DNA of 63,945 nt, filler included, from Globobulimina sp. (Eukaryota), in assembly GCA_003354225.1 (NCBI GenBank). It is 41 parts of 41 records of this genome, joined end to end, with 100 filler letters (N's around TTAATTAATTAA, not from the genome) between each part and the next. Parts side by side here need not be neighbours in the genome. Positions count along the whole stretch, not along the records: positions 21,880 to 23,341 come from PIVH01016292.1; positions 23,442 to 24,903 come from PIVH01016293.1; positions 25,004 to 26,465 come from PIVH01016294.1; positions 26,566 to 28,027 come from PIVH01016295.1; positions 28,128 to 29,589 come from PIVH01016296.1; positions 29,690 to 31,151 come from PIVH01016297.1; positions 31,252 to 32,713 come from PIVH01016298.1; positions 32,814 to 34,275 come from PIVH01016299.1; 33 more parts are not named here. One strand, given 5' to 3'. This document shows positions 23,150 through 34,375 of this stretch, one piece after another. Under the pieces are notes generated by a model, which worked only from the letters and a program-made list of their open reading frames with translations, searched no databases and had not been told where the DNA came from. The position numbers and the translations under genes are program-made. Each line of letters starts with the position of its first letter. Position 1 is the stretch's first letter.

Positions 23150-23441
23150 GTTTTTGATTGTTTTTGTTTTCAGTAGCTCACTTAACTGGGAGTTTCTGTG
23201 AAAACCTTTCAATCTCATTTATTTTTTGAAACATAATTCATTTTAAACTTTTGAAGTAAAGAGGAAGTGATCACCATCTTCGTGTGTGCGAGGATAATGT
23301 ATACAGTTTCACACGAATTCATGTTTCAAATTTTTCATGTTNNNNNNNNNNNNNNNNNNNNNNNNNNNNNNNNNNNNNNNNNNNNTTAATTAATTAANNN
23401 NNNNNNNNNNNNNNNNNNNNNNNNNNNNNNNNNNNNNNNNN

Positions 23442-24404
23442 TTAGCTGTTAATTTTTTTAAGTCAGCAATAGGTATAAATCCGGTTCAATCAATGGTTAT
23501 TTTATCGAAACTCAATTGGTTCAATAAATCTTCGTGGATTCCAGCACCATTCGATTATACATTCGCACCAATTTCAGAGTTGCTGACAGCAGACTACTTT
23601 CCTGGAAAAAGAGATATTGCCCAAATACGGAGTAATTACTTAAGAGCGTTAACTACAATGTGGAGCTCTGTATATTGTCCAATGTGCCATGAACATGAGC
23701 CGGATCTGACTACTCCGCCAATAGTAACAGGTTACAATCAGAGCACACCAGACATGAACGGTGATATTAATGTAAAATGCGGCGAAAAGTCTGTGATATT
23801 AAATTGTGGGATTAAAACGGGAGTAGTTAATGGGGAATTTGATAAATTTTGGTCAGTTTATCCAAAGTCAAATACAGAATGTAGTGGCAATGATAGATTC
23901 AACGCCACTGTTTTTGCGTCGTGCAGTGCAACATCAGTCAATAGTAATTATATATTGACACAAAATTTTACCAGTAAGGAGGCTCATGTATCAATTCAAT
24001 GCAAATCAGATGACGCAATATCTGGATGTGGCATGATACCATATCGTTCAGGTAGCACTGATTGGGATTTTCAAAAAGCTGTATATCCTTCATCGGGGAA
24101 TGAATGTTATTGTAAACATAAATATGGAGGGGAATGTTTTGCTGTTTGTTCAAAAACTATTGAATTTAAAGAGACCCAATCAGTGGAGAGTTCTGGTGGT
24201 TTGAGTGTGCTAACTTGTGGTACAAACCCTCATAATAAGGATAGTTATTATAATATGTTTGCATGTGGTATTCAATTGATTGGAACAACAATGCCGGCAA
24301 AATTAACGCCACAGTTCTATGTGAATAATTATTATCAATGTACAGGGTACAGTCAACAGCCATATATATTGTGGGCCACATGTGGTGTTTTTGCGGGGAC
24401 TTAA
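23442..24404 (+). CDS. Perforin-like protein: MACPF C-terminal signature plus three Cys-rich modules, 5'-truncated
   Basis: W..S..PAPFDYTFAPISELL...IRSNYLRAL; three repeats of the form C...(N/G/A)CG...VYP...C...AxC. Confidence 0.55.
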   Translation, partial: LAVNFFKSAIGINPVQSMVILSKLNWFNKSSWIPAPFDYTFAPISELLTADYFPGKRDIAQIRSNYLRALTTMWSSVYCPMCHEHEPDLTTPPIVTGYNQSTPDMNGDINVKCGEKSVILNCGIKTGVVNGEFDKFWSVYPKSNTECSGNDRFNATVFASCSATSVNSNYILTQNFTSKEAHVSIQCKSDDAISGCGMIPYRSGSTDWDFQKAVYPSSGNECYCKHKYGGECFAVCSKTIEFKETQSVESSGGLSVLTCGTNPHNKDSYYNMFACGIQLIGTTMPAKLTPQFYVNNYYQCTGYSQQPYILWATCGVFAGT

Positions 24405-24474
24405 TATATATTTTATTGTCTGTGTTTTTAATAATTAATTTAAGTATTACATAAACATTACAGTACTCAAACAT

Positions 24475-24903
24475 TCAATGATAAGCTGTGTTGTCTTGGC
24501 CTTCTTTATGTTCTTCCATAGGATGATCATTTTGATTTTCCTTTGCGTCGTCTTGTATATTACCAATTGCAACCAATTTTTGCTTTTTATCTACAATATG
24601 TTTTCGCTTTTTAATAAAAATAATGCACGAAACAACAACAAGTACAAGTAATATCGCACCCGCAATAAAAATTATCACCCAAAACGTATCCGATGATGAA
24701 CTGGAGATATCTGCCATTTCAATGATCTTATATGCCAATGATGTACCTTTTTTTGCGTTAATCTCTCCGCCTAATACATAAATATAAGAATTATTTATCA
24801 ACATCATTGGATATGCTTTTTTATGTATCATTCTTTCAGCAATGCATTTATCTGAATTTATGTCATATATATCAGTGATGTTGTAATACAAAGTTGCTGA
24901 ATA
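24475..24903 (-). CDS. Kelch-repeat single-pass membrane protein, C-terminus
   Basis: YIYVLGG repeat, TM helix and basic stop-transfer segment. Confidence 0.7.
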   Translation of the reverse strand, partial: YSATLYYNITDIYDINSDKCIAERMIHKKAYPMMLINNSYIYVLGGEINAKKGTSLAYKIIEMADISSSSSDTFWVIIFIAGAILLVLVVVSCIIFIKKRKHIVDKKQKLVAIGNIQDDAKENQNDHPMEEHKEGQDNTAYH

Positions 24904-25003
24904 NNNNNNNNNNNNNNNNNNNNNNNNNNNNNNNNNNNNNNNNNNNNTTAATTAATTAANNNNNNNNNNNNNNNNNNNNNNNNNNNNNNNNNNNNNNNNN
25001 NNN

Positions 25004-26201
25004 ATTATTGCAAAGAGAATTACAGGCCATTCATTAAAAAACATGCCATGTCTGAACTGGATATTTGGGCCAAATACAGTTCTCTGATGAATAATGAAGT
25101 TGGGCACCTTCAATTGCGTTATTTATTGGCATTAATATTTTATTGCAACTATAGCTCATTGCAGTGTGAATTCAGCAAAACGTACAGAGTGAATCCGGGA
25201 AATCATTCCGAATATTATCATATGGGGAAATATATCAAAATAGCAGTGATTATATTCGGTGAAGATTGTGGAGAAGGTAAAGACCGTAAAGTATCAAAGT
25301 TCTATCATGGCATCGGGGAAAGATTACTATTTCGACATTATGGAATGGATTGGCATAATTACATTCGAGTGAATGGTCCTCTGTCCACCTCAGTTTGTCT
25401 GGAGGTGGCAGTAAATTTTGCAAATGATAATAATGGAATCATTCTGCAGTTTGAAGGAAATGCCGCCAAAGCAAAATATTTCTCATGTGCCTGGATGTCC
25501 GATTTTGCAAATGAGAAAGAACATTTATTCATACAGATGAATTATCATAAGACGATAGCATTAGGCTTGTTCATTTCAAATATAATTGACGCGAAATTGG
25601 GAATAGAATACCAAACGATCTCTCTTGCTCTACGCAGCATGGATAAATTAATGGTCTGGGAAGATATTGAGGAAATCGCGGAATCTGAAATATGTCTTAT
25701 CAGTGCCATTATATTGGTGATAGATTGTCAAAATACGTGGAGACATGTCAAGAATTTAAATCTTTGACGAAATATGCCAGACATATGTGTGATCAGTACT
25801 TTAATAACAAAAAATATATATATTTTGACATTGAAAATGTGAGTACAAAGTATAAAAAAAACTTCACAGTTTTATTTTGCAGAAATTATACATGGCTCAA
25901 TATGGATGTGATCAGGCAATTATTCTTAAATACAGAGGATATAGTTATTAAAATATGTAAAGATGAGTTACATGAATACGATATGCATAATTGTAAGCAG
26001 CATATGCTGGATTATCTTAAATGTGCTAGTATAACGATTTTAATCCCAAATCAACAGATGATCCAACACATTTTAACTGAATATACTGAGTTTTGTAGAA
26101 ATGGGGGATTACTGTTATCAGCAGGAAGTACCATCAGATTGTCTCCTATTACATATCAGTGTGGAAGGAGTAATGGAACAGTATTATTATATGTTTTGTA
26201 G
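25004..26201 (+). pseudogene. ADP-ribosyltransferase-fold protein, frameshift at about 25711
   Basis: FYHG (25300-25311), STS (25384-25392), VAVNF and SDFANEKEHLF (E-x-E at 25513-25521); continues in ORF 25692-26201. Confidence 0.65.
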
Positions 26202-26331
26202 AGTTGAGTACGTATTGAAATGCAGCTCAACTAAATCGAAGGATGTGATGGACATATTGGTTATCAAATGTTCAACAATCGGCAATCAAATACAGTAATC
26301 GTATTCTATTAACCTTTGCTGATATAATGCT

Positions 26332-26465
26332 TTTATCCCCTTGGGAAAAGCGATTTTTTGAGCTTCCCATGGGTTTTGTTTACTTAATATGGAACTAGTT
26401 CGATTTATCCCCTTGGGAAAAGCGATTTTTTGAGCTTCCCATGGGTTTTGTTTACTTACTATGGA
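26332..26465. repeat. 72-bp tandem repeat, about 1.9 copies to the contig end
   Basis: tttatccccttgggaaaagcgattttttgagcttcccatggg... starts at 26332 and 26404. Confidence 0.95.
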
Positions 26466-26879
26466 NNNNNNNNNNNNNNNNNNNNNNNNNNNNNNNNNNN
26501 NNNNNNNNNTTAATTAATTAANNNNNNNNNNNNNNNNNNNNNNNNNNNNNNNNNNNNNNNNNNNNGGCGAACAAAATGATTGGTTTCTAGTTCTTTCGAT
26601 CTTTCCCTCAGCTCGTTTTTTTTTGCCTAAATGTCTTCCTCTTGATTGTCGTCTGCGTGTAACGTTTATGAATAAATATGAATTAGATGAATTATCGCCG
26701 TACACGTTATGGTTTTGGTGGTTTTGGTTTGGTTGCTGCATTGGTCTATTGACTGTTGCAGTAAAAGTTAAGTTAAGTTTAAAAGAAAACACTCCTTCAA
26801 CATCTTTATACTTAAAATCATGTCGCCGTCATACTCAAGCTAGAAATTATTTAATGATAACATGCGATGTAATAATCCC

Positions 26880-27780
26880 CTTTAATATCACATCAATCCC
26901 CTCGGTGTATTGGGAGATGAAAGCAATTCGTTTATCACTATCCCACTGTCAGACATGATAAGTAAATATATATTTTTCGTTTTGTTCACTTGGTTGGTGA
27001 CTCCGTGTTTGTCAGGCGATTTTTGGTCTGTCATTGTAAGATCGTTCGAGTCATACAACCTTCGTATTACTGTTCACTTGGTTGGTGGCGTCCGTGTTTG
27101 GCAGTCAATTTTTAGTCTGTCATTGTAGTCATCGTTAGAGCCAATACATCCTTAATACTGATCCGGTGGCATTCGTGGTCGCGTGTTGTGATAATTTAAT
27201 TATTGCATGTTATATCGCTTGACGTAAGATCGTAAAATGACACGACAGTAAGTGACACAGTTTACACTTCACAGTTTTATCTAATATTTAATAATCTATC
27301 TGTTGCAATTGTTAATATACGTATATTTACATTACATTCCATTACATTACATAGGTATATTAACTATATTTGGATGGATATCACCACATTTGTCGGTCAT
27401 CGTAATCCATGAGATGACAGCAATCCATTTTATGAAAGGGCACAATCGATCAATCCTTAATGATAAGTAAATATATATTTTTTCGTTTTGTTGACTTGGT
27501 TGCTGGCTCCGTGTTTGGCAGACATTTTTTGGTCTGTCATTGTAATGATCGTTTGAGTCAATACAGCCTTCATAGTTAATTAATAATAACTGCACTTGGT
27601 TGGTGGCTCCGTGGGTTGAGAGACAATTTTTAGTCTGTCACTGTAATCATCGTTAGCAGTCAATACAACCTTAATACTGATCCGTGGCATTCGTGCTCGT
27701 GTGTTGCAATATAAATAAATTATTGCATGTAATATCACTGAGGTAAGATCGTAAAATGACACGACAGTAAGTGACTGAGA
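26880..27780. repeat. Diverged ~505-bp tandem duplication with internal ~85-100-bp subunits
   Basis: gataagtaaatatatatttt...gtaagatcgtaaaatgacacgacagtaagtgac occurs twice; acttggttg..g..tccgtg...tttt(a/g)gtctgtca occurs four times. Confidence 0.9.
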
Positions 27781-28368
27781 CTGAGGCAGTATATACAGTA
27801 TCTATTATATATTAATAATTATATTATCTATCTATGGTGACTCATATATATATTATGTCATTTACATAGGTACATAATGAATGGATTGATTATGGTGAAG
27901 CGGTTTAACATCAGACATTAAAAGCAGATCAAGCAAATATACAAATTGAGAAAACAATATGCGATCATTGCGATGTATTGTTATAAAGAAGGCAATTAAA
28001 GGAAATTACATATTATGTTTTTGATGCNNNNNNNNNNNNNNNNNNNNNNNNNNNNNNNNNNNNNNNNNNNNTTAATTAATTAANNNNNNNNNNNNNNNNN
28101 NNNNNNNNNNNNNNNNNNNNNNNNNNNATATTCCTCATACATTTTAACTTGCAGCATTGACTGCAACCTCGTATTGATCAGTTATTCATTTTTACTTCTT
28201 TTGCAAATGGTGTTGAAAATATATTGCAAATCTCATCCATTAATTTTGTAAATTCAGATATTAATCCAATTACGATTGCCTTTTTTTAGAGATACTAAAA
28301 ATAATACTAAATTTATTTACGAAAAAAAAAACAAAAACAAAAAAAAAAAACACACTTTAATTAATTAA

Positions 28369-28827
28369 TTAATTATCTTCCTCACTATCATCTAAATAAT
28401 GATATTTTCTTTCTTGCTCTTCATGTTTTGGTTTTTTACTCGCTTTTTGATGTTTATTTATGCGACATTGAATAGCCCATCGATTCCTTTTAAACATCTT
28501 GGATAATTTATTCAATTTTGCTTGATTTTTGTAGTGATACTCTTGAGTTTTGTTCATCCAATTTTTCAATTTTTCATCATCACGATGTGTCCAATGTTTA
28601 TGTTGATTTGAGAATTTGACTGTTTTCTTTTTGTTGTTTTTTCTTTGCTGCCACGCTTTATGTGTAATCTTTATTTTGCGCTTTGATAACTTTCTGCTGT
28701 AAATGAGAATGAAATTATTGTAAATGTGTACAACATGAAAAATCAAACATTTGGCTAGATAATTTTCGACGTCTTTTTCGTTTTTTGAGTGGACGATTTT
28801 GTTGATTTGTTCTCGACATTGTAACAC
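28369..28827 (-). CDS. Small basic protein with Myb/SANT-like helix-turn-helix
   Basis: WTHRDDEKL...LSKMFKRNRWAIQCRI; the true start or upstream exon is uncertain. Confidence 0.55.
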   Translation of the reverse strand: MLQCREQINKIVHSKNEKDVENYLAKCLIFHVVHIYNNFILIYSRKLSKRKIKITHKAWQQRKNNKKKTVKFSNQHKHWTHRDDEKLKNWMNKTQEYHYKNQAKLNKLSKMFKRNRWAIQCRINKHQKASKKPKHEEQERKYHYLDDSEEDN

Positions 28828-28870
28828 TTTAATTTAATTCGAAAAAACTTTAGCTTTGTGTACAGTCAAA

Positions 28871-29515
28871 ATGGATCACTCGAATAGCAGCTACAGCCAG
28901 CCACCATTTATGCAACCTCAACCACCTAATACTGGACATGGCCACTGGAACAGCGGCTACAGCCAGCCACCATTTATGCAACCTCAACCATTTAATAATG
29001 AATATGGCCACTCGAATAGTCAGCCACCATTTATGCAACCTCAACCATTTAATAATGAATATGGCCACTCGAATAGCCAGCCACCATTTGTGCAACCTCA
29101 ACCATTTAATAATGAATATGGTCACTGGAATAGCTACAGTCAGCCACCATTTATGCAACCTCAACCATTTAATAATGAATATGGTCACTCGAATAGCTTC
29201 AGCCAGCCACCATCTCCAATGCCGCACAAACAAATGCTGCAATATCGAAACTCCTATAGCGGCTACAGCCAGCCACCATCTCCAATGCCGCACAAACAAA
29301 TGCAGCAAAATCAAATGCCGCAAAATCCAATGCCGCAATATCCAATGCCACCGCGAAATTTACAAACTATTTTACAGGAACCTATATTACAATCTCAGCA
29401 TTCATTCAGGCAAAACAAGAATATTAGCTGCAAAGCTCAGAGATGGGATCCCAAAAAGACAGGTCTAAACTATAATTATCCTTGCACTCAATATATATAT
29501 ATATATACACTTTAG
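28871..29515 (+). CDS. Gln/Pro/Asn-rich tandem-repeat protein
   Basis: Five copies of SQPPFMQPQP(FNNEYGH) in 57-63-nt frame-preserving units, plus two copies of SQPPSPMPHKQM. Confidence 0.6.
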   Translation: MDHSNSSYSQPPFMQPQPPNTGHGHWNSGYSQPPFMQPQPFNNEYGHSNSQPPFMQPQPFNNEYGHSNSQPPFVQPQPFNNEYGHWNSYSQPPFMQPQPFNNEYGHSNSFSQPPSPMPHKQMLQYRNSYSGYSQPPSPMPHKQMQQNQMPQNPMPQYPMPPRNLQTILQEPILQSQHSFRQNKNISCKAQRWDPKKTGLNYNYPCTQYIYIYTL

Positions 29516-30229
29516 AATAGGACATGTTTGAAACACTGCAAATTTGCGGATAATAATATATAGATGGTGGTATAAATCTATGTTGTGGCNNNNNNNNNNN
29601 NNNNNNNNNNNNNNNNNNNNNNNNNNNNNNNNNTTAATTAATTAANNNNNNNNNNNNNNNNNNNNNNNNNNNNNNNNNNNNNNNNNNNNATGATTTTTAA
29701 TTATTTTTCATAGTCATACATAATTCATTATCTCGGACGAGATCCCCTTTATTTCATAAATCATATCTGAATATATGACTCTGCGTCTTATAGGAGTTAA
29801 CCCTGTATATTAATTTGAACAGGAAAATTCATTTGCTATGTAATTGTTATTAATATCATATTATAATTAAATTCTTATTTTTTAAAAACATATACAAAGT
29901 GTGATCATATGGTAGCATTTGTTGTAGATATTAATTAAGAAGATTGAATATCATTTGATTTTATTCAGTATTATTATCATTTTATTTGTTCGACAATATT
30001 ATTATTTCATTCAACATTATTATTTCATTAAGAGTTTTCTGCGTGGAATAATGAAATTATATTAAGTAAGTCACACATTCTAAATGTTATCATTATCGTT
30101 ATTGTGTTTTAATGACTGGTAATGAAAACATGTGTTTTAATGACTGAGTACTGCTGCTTTGATATACTTCATATTCATTTATATTCATTCATAATATCAA
30201 CACGCAATAATATAAAATTATAATATTTC

Positions 30230-30502
30230 TGATATCAATTTACTGCATATAAAATACATAATAACTAACTTTTCAATTTATCACAATTGTCGGGGATATT
30301 GATGGCGTATTTTATTCACAATATCAACATTATTTTTCATTATTTTATTGTCAAATTGTGTGTGATATTGATGGGTGATTTCATCATAAGATCAATATTA
30401 TTTTCTATCATTTTTATTATCAATTTGTTGGTGGTATTGATGGATAATTCCATCATAATATAAACATTATTTTCTATCAGTTTCTTTGCAAATTGTGGGT
30501 GA
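30230..30502. repeat. Degenerate ~70-bp tandem repeat in a non-coding AT-rich contig
   Basis: ttgt..g.g.tattgatgg...at.aacattattttt/c recurs about three times. Confidence 0.75.
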
Positions 30503-31048
30503 AATCTTATTATTTAACATTTTATTTTCAAAGCTATACTTGAAACCAGGGCAGTTGATATATGTTACCGTCGTCGTTGACAAAGTCGAACACGAATCCA
30601 CAATAGCCGTTGCTTGGATAACATTTAACGAAAATACCAAAAAGGAAAGACATTAATTAATGCATGTAGATGCAATTCAATTCATTTATTCATTCATTTA
30701 TTCAATTGGATTGTAAACGTGTAAATTAATCAAATTTAAGGCATTCAAGACATAAATAATGCTTTAATCGATTTATTTCTTTCCATATTCAAGCAAATGT
30801 TTTGAAACTCAGTTAACAAATTTTTATTCAATCAATTGGATTGTAAATGTATACGTAACTTTGTTCATTGTTATCTCTGCTGTACCCATTTTATATCTCA
30901 TGATAAATAAAAATTAAAGCAGCAAAAACAAACCATAATGAACAACACAAACACAACAATAAAAATACACTGAAATCACTTGATTGACACAACGCAAAGC
31001 TCATAACTTTTTTGGCTGAATTGATTGAATATCAAAGGATAAACAAAA

Positions 31049-31151
31049 AGAATTATAGAAACGTTTTCGAGTCATTATAAATCCGAGAATTATAGAAACG
31101 TTTTCGGGGCATTATAAATCCGAGAATTATAGAAACGTTTTCGGGGCATTA
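31049..31151. repeat. 37-bp tandem repeat, about 2.8 copies to the contig end
   Basis: agaattatagaaacgttttcggggcattataaatccg head to tail, no spacers. Confidence 0.95.
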
Positions 31152-31486
31152 NNNNNNNNNNNNNNNNNNNNNNNNNNNNNNNNNNNNNNNNNNNNTTAAT
31201 TAATTAANNNNNNNNNNNNNNNNNNNNNNNNNNNNNNNNNNNNNNNNNNNNTCGAAACGTTTCAGTGATGGTTTTGCATTCGTGGTTTTGTAATAGCCTT
31301 CGTTGGTTTTGCATTCGTGGTGAATGAGAAGCATATGAGAGCAGAAACGAAAATATATAGTAAGTAAACCGAGTCCGAGTGTCAGGTTTAGGAAATGTTC
31401 GATCAGAGGGGCTTCTTTTGCCAATGTTCATTTTGTCAAGAAAAAAGTATAAAGTTTACATGCATGCAATGAGTTCGTAAAAAATG

Positions 31487-32449
31487 TCAGTTTTCCAACA
31501 CATCGATATCGGAAATCCGATAAATTTTGAATCCTTTTCTTGTTCGCACCTCAGCAAACGTGAAATTCTGCTCTGTCAAAAATTGAGTCATGTTGCTATC
31601 AGAATAGACTCTAATTTTTAATTCATTTTGAAATCCAATCTTTCTGCGTACAACTTCTTTCCATAAAAACGAAGCAGGACGTAATACATATTTAATTTGT
31701 AAGTTTGTAAAGTGATCCAAATGCAACGGGTAATCCGTGTTATCTTTAAATACGCCCATTTTACCTGAAATATTGAGAAGAATTTCATTGACTACACTCC
31801 GAGCATTCTCATCCATGGCAGAATTCAATAATAAATCACAAATGCCACTCAATAAAAGAACTGCGTGATCTGACGAATCTAATAATGTCTCAATAACGTT
31901 ATGATAAACATTACGGCTCTGATGGCTTGGAAATAAGTCAGCAAATTGAACATAATGCATTGCTGTTAATATTTGCTGATCAGCTATTTTGAACATCAAT
32001 AAACGACGAATTGAATTTTCTAAATAACGCATCGAAATTATTGTATTATTAGGTTTGGAAAGTATTGATTTGTAAAAGTAATATTTATCGAAATGATTGA
32101 ACCACTCCCATATATCATTAGACTCCTTAATAGGAACAATTTTGTAATCTCGTACTAGCTGATTCCAAATGGAAGGGATTGCATTGATTTTAGACTCTTG
32201 AAGGCATTTTTTTAACAAAATATCGAGTGTCTTGGCATCGGTTGCGTGCATTATTGAAGACATAATAGAAACATGTTGGATGGCTTCATCAAATCTCATC
32301 CCAGATATAATGTTATTGCAGTAAGAGTCGCTGATTGATTCATTTGTTGATGCGACAATGTATGGGAATAAAATTGCCAAACTGAGCAAAAGGCTTAACC
32401 TGCCAGGCGAGGATACAAAAATAGAATAGTTATTGACAAATGTCATCAT
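31487..32449 (-). CDS. Hypothetical protein with a PPR-like helical repeat
   Basis: Complete 320-aa ORF; TLDILLKKCLQESKINAIPSIWNQLVRDYKIVP fits one PPR-like motif. Confidence 0.4.
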   Translation of the reverse strand: MMTFVNNYSIFVSSPGRLSLLLSLAILFPYIVASTNESISDSYCNNIISGMRFDEAIQHVSIMSSIMHATDAKTLDILLKKCLQESKINAIPSIWNQLVRDYKIVPIKESNDIWEWFNHFDKYYFYKSILSKPNNTIISMRYLENSIRRLLMFKIADQQILTAMHYVQFADLFPSHQSRNVYHNVIETLLDSSDHAVLLLSGICDLLLNSAMDENARSVVNEILLNISGKMGVFKDNTDYPLHLDHFTNLQIKYVLRPASFLWKEVVRRKIGFQNELKIRVYSDSNMTQFLTEQNFTFAEVRTRKGFKIYRISDIDVLEN

Positions 32450-32813
32450 GCTATTTCCGATAAATTCAATGATTTGTTAAAAAAAACATCACAACTTTGT
32501 TTATCAAGAATTCTGTCTTTTCATTTTCATAGCTAGGTCCCAATTTATATTGCAGGAATGTAAGAAAAACCTCTTACGCGGACGAACGGCGAACGTTATA
32601 ACATATGTACTTAACTGACTAACGTGTTTTTGTTTTTTTTCAAAGGATGTGTTCGTCTTGTTACTTTGAGAACCTAGCCCTATATAGTATGTACTACTAG
32701 CATCAATGAAACANNNNNNNNNNNNNNNNNNNNNNNNNNNNNNNNNNNNNNNNNNNNTTAATTAATTAANNNNNNNNNNNNNNNNNNNNNNNNNNNNNNN
32801 NNNNNNNNNNNNN

Positions 32814-34275
32814 ATGCTCTCTCTGTCTCTGTATCTGCTTTGCTTTGCATTGATGGATCTGCTGGCGCAAATGGCTCATGAACAAGGAGTACCTGCCTTC
32901 CATCAACAGACACAAAAGGCACTTTGATCAATACATCATCAATACATTTGAGATCACACAATTTCCCCACCCCTTTGACATCTTGACTGATTCTGAGATC
33001 ACCCTCTTCAACTTGTGTCACACTCCTTTGATCCATATGAACTTGATGATTTGCTAAATCAAGGCCACCAACAACAATATTCTGACATCGGTCAGACATG
33101 TCATGGCTACCTTGACCAGCATGATCGAAAATTGGCACTTTCCTTGACACTTCAATATAACACATGTGATCACTCAAATCCACCATCACTTCTGACACCA
33201 TTATGACTTTGTTCACACAGTCAATTTTCAATGGCAATAATGATCGTTCACACATAATTGGTTGTTTCTCAGCAATAATATGATCCATTTGAAAATCAAA
33301 CCAAAATGCCATTTGATGATGCTTCACATCCAGTATGATTGACTTGTACAGTTTCTCTGGTTGATGTCCATTCATTAGTGACACTTTACACATGATGCCA
33401 TTTTTGCTGTAAATAGGCAGACAATCAAGTACTATTTGTCCACATAAACTCTGTTCTTTTGAGCCATGATTCACATCAGTATCAGTTTCAACTTCATCAT
33501 GCACCACTGGAACATGGTTTTTCGAAACCGTCACAGGATGAGCACAACTTGAATTCACAATTGATGGTGTCGTTGAATAACATGATGGGACTTCCAGCAC
33601 ACAGAGTCGATGCATCACATTAGCTGGTCTTGTCCTTCTTGATGGAAATTTTCCCTTCGACCCTGGATCAACTACTCTCATTTGTGTTCGAGCTGCTTGC
33701 ACATTAGCTTGTCTCCTAACCAGATTGTCATACCGTCGCTTGGCTGCTTGATATTTTTCATCACTCAATGCATAATTTGGATCTGGTGGATGATCCAATA
33801 GCCAAGTTTCCCATTCATCACCAATCAAGAACGTATCAGCTCTACATACTCCTCCAGAAGTGTAATCATTTTGCAGGAATTCACAGGATGTCCGATGAGA
33901 TGCATGTGAAGAATGAAATGACTCATCATGTTGTTGATCATCATCATCATTTGAATCACCAATACCGCTCCTGCTTCCATCATGTCCCCCAACTCTGCCT
34001 GTTTGTCCATCTACACTATCTTCATCTGAGTTCCTGTCATGATCCCTTATGTGTCTCTCATGAGCAGCATGTCCAGCGTTTGCGCCGATTTGCTCCCCAT
34101 GAAATACAGTTCCCTCAAAAACGTTGCTTCGTAACAATGCATCCATTCGTTGAATCTGTTTGAACAGCTGTGGAAAGGAATGGACAGGCTTTTCATTTCG
34201 AATTTCATATAATCGCAGTAACTCTGGATTCAATCCACCTTTGAATGCATGTATCAACAAATAACCATACTCGTA
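32814..34275 (-). mobile_element. LTR-retrotransposon-like polyprotein fragment (Gag C-terminus to degenerate protease-like region)
   Basis: LIHAFKGGLNPEL...SFPQLFKQIQRMD resembles the capsid end; NIVVGGLDLANHQVHMD resembles the retropepsin ILGxDxL motif; no intact DTG. Confidence 0.5.
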
Positions 34276-34375
34276 NNNNNNNNNNNNNNNNNNNNNNNNN
34301 NNNNNNNNNNNNNNNNNNNTTAATTAATTAANNNNNNNNNNNNNNNNNNNNNNNNNNNNNNNNNNNNNNNNNNNN

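Noticed and set aside
26332-26465. 72-bp unit as CRISPR repeat-spacer or tRNA
   Set aside because: The whole unit is duplicated nearly identically; no cloverleaf or T-loop in the correct context
28850-29468. Trp/His-rich (28850-29338 minus) and HHLCNLNH (28938-29468 plus) repeat ORFs
   Set aside because: Shadow frames of the same 3n tandem repeat; the Q/P-rich frame is more plausible
31049-31151. 37-bp repeats as a CRISPR array
   Set aside because: Copies are head to tail with no unique spacers and no cas genes
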